Below, piece after piece: positions 13,001 through 22,496 of a DNA stretch of 64,000 bases. The stretch's first letter is position 1, and each line of letters opens with the position of its first letter. The DNA comes from Cercozoa sp. M6MM (lineage: Eukaryota; Protista; Endomyxa: Ascetosporea): assembly GCA_040357565.1 (NCBI GenBank), contig JBDODJ010000011.1; one strand, 5' to 3'. The position numbers and the translations under genes were made by a program. A model generated the notes under the pieces. That model was not told where the DNA came from, ran no database searches, and saw only the letters and a list, made by a program, of their open reading frames with translations.

Positions 13001-13554
13001 GATGCGACCTTGAGTAGTGTGAAAGTCACCGTCTTTCCCACTGCGAAGATTTTGCGTGCGACTCCTCCCGTCATGAAGTGCAGGATCACAAAGATCTCCC
13101 AGACGAGTTGCAGCATTGCCACCGTTACTGTCACTGTGACTGCTCCCTTTACGTAGTCCGTCACCGTCTGCCAGTTCTCCTTGCCAAACAAGGAGAGGGG
13201 ATTCTCCACCATGTTGGCGTACAAGGATTTGCTGCCGGGGGTCAGGATCCGGAGGGGGTTGGCCATGAGCCATCCTCGGAAATCTGGGAAAGTGCCCCAG
13301 ATTTCCTGGCAGTTGAGGATGGCCATGTCTTCGGCGTCGATGCCCAGCTCTCGGCTGAGCTGGACATTCTCTTGAACTTGCTCGAGCTTGGCCTCGCAGG
13401 CTTCAATGTTGAGGGAGTGTTGGTCTCTCAAGTGAGACCAGCATTTCCAGCTCTCCCACACAAAGAAGGTCAGAAGCAATAGCCAGGTCACCGCGTGGAC
13501 GATGCGGCTTCCCGTGAGGCGAGGTGTCACGCGCATCGTCGAGTGGTTGCCCAT
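10015..13554 (-). CDS. Retroelement polyprotein (1179 aa): hydrophobic N-terminus, coiled coil, CCHC knuckle, aspartic protease, RT, partial RNase H
   Basis: [14 protein letters not shown] (aa 452-465), LDSGAEIS (DSG at 11812-11820), YMDD (10645-10656), [15 protein letters not shown]. The last ~40 aa are an out-of-frame read of the duplicated segment and flank. Confidence 0.92.
   Translation of the reverse strand: [1179 protein letters not shown]
10049..10144. repeat. 96-bp direct copy of 13212-13307
   Basis: Base-by-base comparison gives one mismatch (10116 A vs 13279 G) at an offset of 3163 bp. Confidence 0.95.
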
Positions 13555-13567
13555 CTGTCAGTGTCAA

Positions 13568-13793
13568 TGTCACGGCAGATGTCACGGAGGGTGAAGTCTT
13601 GCTCAACGCAGTATCCTTCAGGTGTTTATCACGCGGCCCGATTAGTAATCACAAGAGTGAAAACTTCAAACAAAAACAACCACTCTAACTTTCTGTTGTC
13701 ATTTCCTATTACGAATACTATTCGTAATACTATTCGTAATAGTATTACGAATAGGACGTTTCATTTTGTCCCGGCGCTCCGGGCGCCGTGACG
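13568..13793 (-). repeat. Candidate 5' LTR (~214-226 bp)
   Basis: Bounded by the inverted termini TGTCACGGC (13568-13576) and GCCGTGACG (13785-13793), resembling TG...CA LTR ends with one terminal substitution. A second TGTCACGG lies at 13580. Directly upstream of the ORF; no second LTR is available to confirm it. Confidence 0.55.
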
Positions 13794-13983
13794 GATTTCG
13801 AAGATCGTGCTTGATGACGTTTCTTCAAGGTCGGTTAACAGTATGGCCCAGTAAACTAAAGGGTTGGGGAGAGATCTCAGTCTCAAGCCGACTGTACGGT
13901 CCAAAGCGAGGTTAGTCGGAGCTGGAATGACGGTGGTGACTATCGATCACGCCAGTTGCTTGCAGCGGAATCAGTGTCGCCAG

Positions 13984-14200
13984 CTACAGGTAGGGGGAAA
14001 CATAACAGCAGTAAGTAATATATGAACAAGAGAGGCCCAAGGCGAAGTAAGTAAGTAAATCTACCCTGGAAGGTACCAAAACAATAAGAAGGCAGATCGA
14101 CACAAAAAACGCAATCATAGACTTGCGTAGGTCACGTCGGATCTGCTCCAGGTAGGCTTCGGGGTCTCTTCTGTACAATGCATCATCGCATGCACACAAT
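13984..14200 (-). CDS. Small hypothetical two-TM protein or terminal exon
   Basis: DPEAYLEQIRRDLRKSMIAFFVSICLLIVLV...LLTYFALGLSCSYITYCCY then stop; upstream exons unresolved. Confidence 0.3.
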
Positions 14201-15277
14201 ACTGTAAATTTAGCAACTGACAGTACTAGTGTTTCCTCTATCGGTACAATGTACAGCTTTATGATTAAGAAATACCCACGACGACGCGGTCGATGCCGTC
14301 GCGAGTCGTAGCGCTGCAAGCGTCCGCAGCGACTGTAGGCGCGTATTCCCCACACAAGTCCTGCAGCCCAGATAAGGTGTAAATTTATGGATATAAGTTG
14401 ACTTTATACTGTACTGGACCAGTCAGTACACTGGTCTACTGGCTACTTGCTGTTTAGTACCAGGAATGGCAAAGATCCAGCATAGACAGATACACATGGA
14501 TCCATGTATGGCGATCCACACTGCCGCGCGAGTGTTCAGTCGCAACAACTGTATTTTTGTTCAAGTATTTTTCGTAAATTTATGATAAAAACTGCCATCA
14601 GTTTGCATTGCAATACAGTAAATACCGTACTAGGACTGTACATTATATGGTAGTGTTTAATTTGTTGGACGGCAAATTTCAATTTACAGTACCTCTCTGT
14701 ACTGTCGGTGCGACAGGAAGCGCGACTCGGTAGTGTCATTGGTGCCTTCATTGCGACTGCTGTGACTGCTACTACCGTCACGGTGATTACTGCTACTACT
14801 CGGAGTCAATGAAGTCGTTAGTGAGCTTATCTGTATCATTATAAACTTACTTGTAGTGCATACCCCGAGTTGGTCTGGGATTGTAAATTTATCTACCGAC
14901 TGCTGCCGCCCACCGCCTTCAATATCGGCATTGCCGTGATTAGACATGTGACGTACTCAGGATCTGAGACAGCTCAACAGTGCCTGTAAACTTTAAATAC
15001 GCACAGGCACACAGGAATCGAATGCACCGACTCAGTGGTTCGGACAAAGGAAAATAGTATGAGCCGCAGATTCCGGGATTGCCCATAGAACTAAATTTAC
15101 AGGAATCAAACAAAAAGGATCCTGAATTCAGGGCTTTAAAGCAGTGTTGCGCAGAAAATCGCTGGCTTAAGCCTAAGTTTAGTCTTTGCAATCGCATTTT
15201 TGAATAGTTTTTGTTTTATTTTAAATTTAAACTCACCACGTGCACTCTCGCGACTTTCTGAGGCAGTGTTTGCTAAA

Positions 15278-16456
15278 ATGCCACGGGGGGCGAAGCGTCG
15301 CAGAATGGGGCCATCGAATCGACAGGTACGGTTGGAGCAAAAAGGTTGTTATACGGTCAAGGCCGAAATTGCATTCAGTTTGTGTTTCTTGTATAGATAT
15401 TTACAAAAGGCTTTAAAGCAAACTTACAGCGACGACCAAATTGAGCAGCTTATCCGCCACTCGGTAAAGCAGCGGAAGCTGCAGTTGAATGGTGTCCGCA
15501 TTCGCTGCGTGAGTAAAGCTTCAGCTCGTTGTTGATTGTAAATATAGTTCAGTTGAACAATTGTTCAGCTCCAATTTGAACTTTGAGGGGTGACTAGTCA
15601 TAGTCAGCCTCCTCTCGCTGGGTGAGCTCGCTCACTCTAAGTTGACATTGGTCAGTGTTACCGCTGGAGTCTGCCTGGATGCATGTTCTATGTGTCTGGG
15701 GTCACTGGACTCCTAGGCCTGTGTGTGTGCTCGACTAAACCATGAGCAAATCCTGTTCGACTGTGGTGTTCTTTGACGAGGCACCCGGCCGAGCTAGGTG
15801 GAGCCTTGGGTGTGCGTGGCAGGCAAAATTATCACGCAAGATAACGAGGGCAAAGAAGACTTCGAAATTGAGACTTTGCCACCGGCGCTGCGCTACGAAG
15901 GCGACGAAGGGGTGAATTTACAGATACACATTTCTATCTATCTATCTCTCTGTCTACCCAGCTGCCTACCCTCCCACCAGCCTGCATGACCCTCGATAGA
16001 CCCGTCGCTGTCGCTCGAGTTGCGCGTGCGAAACATGCTTCGACGTCGTCCGCGCGGAAGCGACGGCGTGGATCGCATCGGCCGCATTTCTTGGAACTCG
16101 TGCCGCATTCAACAAGGCTATCAAGCACAAGCCTGACTGGGTCCTCGAGGTACTGTACTGCTGTACCGTACTGACTGTATCTCAAACTGTCTTTGTTGAA
16201 AGGGCATCGACTACGACAACGATAACTCCGAGGAACCAACTCGACTGTTATATTCGACTGGATTGTTATCAGACTGATCAGACTGCAAGCGAAGCACCCT
16301 TGCGGGGCGACCTGCTGCGCCGTCAAGCCGCTGGACCAGTTCAACTTTGGCTCCGGCTCCTCGAGCTCCTTGATTTTCAAGGGGATGGGACGTGTCGTGG
16401 TGTACTTTGTTTGTACGCGTACGCGCGGCATGTCAGTTCAGTGTAAGATTAAATGA
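15278..16456 (+). CDS. Hypothetical multi-exon protein with a basic N-terminus
   Basis: MPRGAKRRRMG start. Exons VEPWVCVAGKIITQDNEG..., ...FNKAIKHKPDWVLE|GIDYDND...|LQAKHPCG...FKGMGRVVVYFVC to TGA 16454-16456; the last three join in frame via GT-AG. Confidence 0.5.
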
Positions 16457-16504
16457 AGGAACGGAAGCAAAAAAACGAAATGAGACAACTCCAGGCAGGT
16501 GTTG

Positions 16505-17669
16505 TTAGTGGTGCTGCAGGTGCGACAGCATCGGCGACACATGATCACCTGCAGTACTCGCAAATGACACAGGAGGGGGAGGGGGGGGGGGGAAAGACAA
16601 AAGTACCATGGTGGTGCATGGCATGGGCGATCGGGTGGTGGTCGGCGTGCTTCGTCCAGCCGAACAGACCTGCAACACAAGTGAGGTAGGGCACTAGGTG
16701 AGGGGTAGGGTAGGGAGGTACCGTTGTTATGCAGGAACCAACGTGCCGGGTACACGAGCGTCTCGAGCAGACGGAAGGCGAAGCTCTTGAAGGTGAGGTC
16801 GTACTTCTCCTTGGCCAGCAGTTCGCTCAGTCGCTTGTACTCAGCCTGCTTCTCCTCTGCGCACACACAGTACATAAGTCGTCCCGTACCCCCCCCTGTC
16901 TCAGATGTGCAAGCACCAACGAGAGCAGCATCGCCAGCTGCGTAGGCCTTGGCGAGGTCCTGCTCACACACACACGGAGGTTAAAGATACCACCCAACCC
17001 AGACATAACAAGATACCTGCATGACATCCTCGACTTGGAACTTGAGTTCTTCGCCCTTGTCACTGTTAAGGAGTAACACACAAGGATGGACGAGAGGATG
17101 GACGAGAGGGTAGGGAATAGAGGGGGGGGGGGGGTAAGACTCACAACTTACGTGAAAATAAACGAGTTGCACTCCACAACCGTGCCTCGGTCCAGCTCTA
17201 GAAAAAGGGTCAGTCAAGTGGGTAGAGTAGGGTATGGTGGTAAGATTGGTAGGGAGGGAAGTATAATTACGCGACGACACGAGGAATCGCGCCGCCTTGT
17301 ACGGTGCCTACACACAACACAAAAATACAAGGAGTGAGTAAAAATACAAGGAGTGAGTATGAGTGAGGGGGCGGGAGAAACTAACCGTGAAATCAACGCG
17401 CGCGTGCAGATCGTCCATCGAGAGTCCTACACGGGGAGGGGTAAAGAGGGAGGGGGGGGGGGTAAAGTCGCTACCAGTCTCCTTGGCGACCTCGGAGGCA
17501 TGCGGTGCGTGCTGCTTGTCCATAGCCACCTTGAGCACGGCAGCCAGCGCGGCGCCAATGACGCCCCACACCATCAGGTGCCGCCAGTACTCCGAGTCCT
17601 TCATGGCCGCGTCCAACCGCACGGCCAAGGCGTCCTACCCGCCCCAGACATCGATATCGCACAGACACA

Positions 17670-17726
<57 letters not shown>

Positions 17727-17736
17727 NNNNNNNNNN

Positions 17737-17785
<49 letters not shown>

Positions 17786-18843
17786 CCCTACCCTCTAGGC
17801 AGCAGTACCAGGTCACGGCCGTACATGAGGTACAGACCCATCGGCCACGAGCGGTTACCACGCCTGCACACAATTGCCAAGGACATAACAAGGGGGGGGG
17901 GGGGGAGATGGCTAAAGCAGACAGTACACGAACTTGGCCTGTCCCTTCGCGTAGTCAGCAGCACCCGACGCAGCGGCTGCCGGGGAGGGGGTAAAGGGGT
18001 AAAGGGAGGGGATAAGGAAGGTAAGGAATTAAGGGAAGGAAAGGGAAAAGGGAGGGTACCAACGCCCTTGGACTCGGCGAGACGCTTGGCATCCGTGTCG
18101 CCGTGACGCGCCAGCACCGCCCAGAAACGCTGCTTGAGCGAGCGCTCCTTCTTCCGGTTGGCCAGTTCTGTCTTGCTGCACAGACATAGTCGTTCGTCCT
18201 TCACATAGGTTAGGTACTGGACTGACACTTCACTCAACTTACATCTCGAAAGGAATGTGCGAAGTTCGCACACTCGGCGCCACACTGAAATCGTCCTGGT
18301 GGATGAACTTCGGGTCCTGCCAAACACACACAACATCGACAGTGTTTTGAACTCTTTCACAGACTGACTTTGTCCCAACGGACACAAACGAACCTTGATC
18401 TCGCGGCCGATGTGCCAGAAACCACCGGTGTATGGCATCAGACCTACAGTCAACAAGAGTTAGGAAAGTCAGTCAAGTCAAGTCAAGTTAAGTCAGTCCG
18501 AGCTAGAACGCCGTACCGTTAGCACCAATGACCGAGTTGAAGCGCGGCTGGTTCCAGTACGCCGACTCCTGCGGGTGCTGATCGACACCGCTGAACACGG
18601 TGTCGATGTCGTTCTTCACCGCTGCACAAAACCAAAAAAAAACAAAATTTAGCTCTGAAAGCCCTCCACATTCAACGTTTCTGAGAATGCCAGACTGCGG
18701 CATACAGCATGCACGAGATCACACGTGCCATGGGCATCCTGCTCTGCAGCCAGATGCAAAAAAAAAAACATACTGTACTTGGGCGTCGCGGCAAGTGCCC
18801 GCGCCTGCAGGCACCACCGCTGCTGCAGTCTAGACACCAACAT
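16505..18843 (-). CDS. Hypothetical protein, possibly mitochondrial, with one TM segment and a His-rich C-terminus
   Basis: Candidate start MLVSRLQQRWCLQARALAATP. High-GC3 exons (AMKDSEYWRHLMVWGVIGAALAAVLKVAM; AEEKQAEYKRLSELLAKEKYDLTFKSF). Ends KHADHHPIAHAMHHHGDHVSPMLSHLQHH* (TAA 16505-16507). Confidence 0.6.
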
Positions 18844-18976
18844 GATTACACCAGTGGCGACGCTCCAGCTAGCACTCTCGAGATCGGTGAAACTGGCTAT
18901 TTTCGTCACGAGTTAAGGGAACATATCTCAGAGCAACGAGCGTGTTCGCGAATTGTAGCGTGCGTAAGGTGTTGCG

Positions 18977-19532
18977 ATGGAGGCATTAGCACGGCTTCAA
19001 CGGCTATTCTTACGTGGTAAAACCAAGGTTGCGTGAGTGCGATCAGCGGGGCGATCATCAGGCTTGCTTGCATAGCCCCTTTGTTTTTTTGCATTTTCGC
19101 CAGGCGACCCGGCGGGCGCGCTGAAGCCGCCCAGAGACATTGACGTTGTGCAGCAGTGCGACGATGATTGGCGAATGTCGCTGCTGCGGTGTGTGAGGCT
19201 ACTACTTCCGCCCGCCCTTGCGCGGTATGTTGTCATCTTGTGCAGAGAGGCCGCGCTGGTGAACGTGTGCCCGGCCTCCAAGGCTATCCAGTGCGTTGCG
19301 GCGGACCAGGCGCTGATGACGGAGGCGTCGTACTCGGCATCGGTGCAGGTGTGCCAGCTGCAGGACCTGCAACTCTTTGGGCACAACGAGTTCGCCTCGC
19401 GACGCGTCTGTGAGTCGGCGCAGCGTCGCATGCACAGCTTCACTGCCTGGTACAGAGGAGTCGCTCTAGAGGTTGCGGGCGTATGAGTTATTAAGATATT
19501 GGGGTCTATTTTATTATGTATATATTGGCCTG

Positions 19533-19592
<60 letters not shown>

Positions 19593-21816
19593 ATTTTTAT
19601 GAGGTCACGCAAGTAGGGACCTCCGCCAGACATTGGAAAAGGTGGGCGTGCTGGACGCCAAGTCAGCCAAGCAGCACCAGTGCACCAAGTCGCTGGACGG
19701 AGTTACCTTTGTCGTACGCGACCATCACAATCCGTACTGTGCATGTTGTCTGGGGGTGGGGTAAGTGCTTGGGGGTACTTGGGTCAAGGGGACTATGTGT
19801 ACAGGTGGTTCATCCTGGAGCAGTTGTGGGTGCTGACGCAGCTGACGCCACTGGCACTGCAGCGTGTCTATGCCAACGTGGCGCACATCGACCGGCACAG
19901 CGACAACATCGACATCTTCACGGGCACGAACCTCGTGGTGCTGCCGCGACTGCAGGACGGCGAACTTGCGCCGTCCGATCAGGACGACAGGGGCATGCAC
20001 ACCTCGACGCAGTGGATCGCTTCTCTCTTTGACCCGCGTCGCGTACACGTGCACAGTCGGTACTTACCCTCATCCCCACACACATACATACATCATGCAT
20101 ACATACATACATACATACATACATGCATGCATACATACTTACATACATCCATACATACATACAGACATACATACATACATACATACATACATACATACAT
20201 ACATACATACACATCCCCTACCCCACCTTCGCAGGGAGCAGACCTGGTGTATGAGTAACGCCGTCTTGCTGGGTGACGGCGGCGACTCGCACCTGCACAA
20301 CAACCGCTGGAGAAACGCGCCGTCGTGCTTTCCGTTTCGATCGCTGCGCGAAGGTTTACCTCCTACTCCTTGCCCTCATCTTTACCCCCCCCCTCCCCCT
20401 CAGTGTTCCGAGTGTCGGCGAGTGCAATGGCGGCGCCGGAATCCTTCGAAACGCTGCTGCGTTCGCGCGTCGGTCGCGACACGTCGCTGCAGGCGCTAAG
20501 GTTTTACCCCCCCCCCCGGGGGCGCGGGGGGGGGGGGGGCGTGGGGGACTCGGGGCTCGCCGTGCCCTACTCCCCCTCCCCTTACTCTACCCCCCCCCTT
20601 ACCCTTACCCTACTCCCCCTCCCATAGATCGCTGCCATGGCGCGTGCGACTCGTTCTGCAGACTCGTCTGGATCAACCGAAACGTGCCTTGCCCAACTAC
20701 GAGCAAGTGCTGGAGGTTTGCCCCCCCTACCCTACCTTACCCTCTATCTCTACCCCTCTATCTCTATCCCTCTATTTCTACCCCTCTATCTCTACCCCTC
20801 TGTCTCTACCCCTGTCACAGTTAGCCAAGCTGAGCTTTGAAGCCGCGCGGTTCCGCGCGTACCGTCAGCGCGGATGCGTTGAGAAAGACACAGCGGACAG
20901 CGGTGCATGTGGCGCGCTGAATGCGCTGTCGTTCGACGCCGTGGCCGTCACTTTCGCCGACGTCGGCGACTTTGCACAGCAGGTGTGTTACCTCCACCCC
21001 CTTTACCCCCTTACCCCCCCCTTTACCCCCCCCCCCCTCTCAGGTGGCGCTGATGCGAACAACGGACGTGCTGGTGGCGGTGCACGGAGCCGGCCTGGCG
21101 CTGGCCGGTTTCCTGCCGAGCACATCAGTCACGGGTAGTGTTTTACCCCCCCCCCCTCCTTGATATAACCCTTACCTTCTCCGTGTAGAAGCCTCGCAAT
21201 CGCACATCAGTGAGTCAGTGAGAGTGGTATCAATTGGTACCTAGTGACACGTGTGTATGTGAGTAGTCGAGTTCGGTGTCGGTCCGAGCGACGGTGTGAA
21301 TCCGCCTTGGCGCCAGGAACAGCATCTTGGTATTTACTCCCCCCCCTTTACTTCCTATTACCCCCCTCCTTTACTTCCTATTATTCCCACCCTTAGGACC
21401 ACAAGGTGAATTGTGGCGAGCCAATGCGCGTCGAATCGCCGACAGTATCAATGCAAGGCATCACATGGTATCCCTTAATCCCCCTCTTTACCCCCTCTTT
21501 ATTCCCCTTAACCCCTTGCCCTCCAGTTGTCATATCCGCACATGCCGGTGGAGTCGGGCGAGGTGCCATTGCACCCGTTGGATGACACTCTGGCACACGT
21601 GTTCGACGATGTACTGGCTGTGGTATGCCACTGCTTTTATCTTCTTTACCCCCCCCCCCCCCACCACCACCCCTCTCCCTTGTGCAGAGACTGCAGCAGC
21701 ACATGAGTCTGCTGCAGGAGTTGTCACCGGATACGACGCCCTTCCTGGAGGCCACCGAGTGGACGCCATCGCACGGCGTGCAGTACCGGTACGCGGGCCT
21801 GTCCAAATGGACCTGA
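18977..21816 (+). CDS. Glycosyltransferase family 61 (DUF563; EOGT/POMGNT2-like)
   Basis: GT61 signature GDFAQQ|VALMRTTDVLVAVHGAGLALAGFLP (HGAGL at ~21083), plus RLVWINR and an upstream DHHNPY. Start uncertain. Confidence 0.8.
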
Positions 21817-22496
21817 TCCCTGACACAACGATGTGCCCCATGTTCTCTTGTGTGTTCCCAGAGTGCAAGTCGATCCAATCGACGACTGGAAGGCTGCCTC
21901 ATCGGCTCAGAGTCGATTGGACTCGTTTGGACACGTAACACTGTCTATTACTTCCTCTATTAAACTACATTTTACCGGCTCTATGATTTTCTATCGGCTC
22001 ATTATAACCTTTCAATCGCTATATCTTTGCGTGTGTTGCAACAGCGGCGAGGCCTGCTCTGGTGGTGCGTGTCGCTGCTCCTGGTGGCCGCACTGCTTTC
22101 TCTATTTCTCCTTCCGCGCGTACGCCGGCTGCTCAAGCAGTACCACATCGGCAGACGCAAGGATCGTCGTCGCTCGTACGAGTTTGAGTACCGCGCCATC
22201 GTGTGATTGCGTTTCGGCGTTCGGCTCACTTGACTTGAGCCGTCATTTTTTTTCCCGCGCTGTGGGCGGTATGTCAAAATAGTCACGCAGAAAAGCTGAT
22301 TTATCACCCAAAACCCCTGCCCAGATGATGAGTGCTAGCTAGTCACTAGATCAGATACGATATTTAAGCGATCAAACTCAGGAAAACGTGGGTCGGGTGG
22401 CTACAACGTTTCCCAGGTTTGATCCTTTCTGCAGGCTCGTTGCTGAGCGTGAGAGGATTACTTTGAGCGTAACGCCAGTCGACAGAAAGTAGTGGA

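Larger units (their letters stand above)
10049..13793 (-). mobile_element. Ty3/Gypsy LTR retrotransposon, 3'-truncated (no integrase, no 3' LTR)
   Basis: Domain order is zinc knuckle, protease, RT, RNase H in one ORF. Gypsy-type RT motifs [27 protein letters not shown], LPFGW and YMDD. Candidate 5' LTR at 13568-13793. Confidence 0.9.

Noticed and set aside
10049-13307. DIRS/Ngaro split-direct-repeat architecture
   Set aside because: The element has an aspartic protease and Gypsy-type RT, shows no tyrosine recombinase, and the repeat interrupts RNase H.
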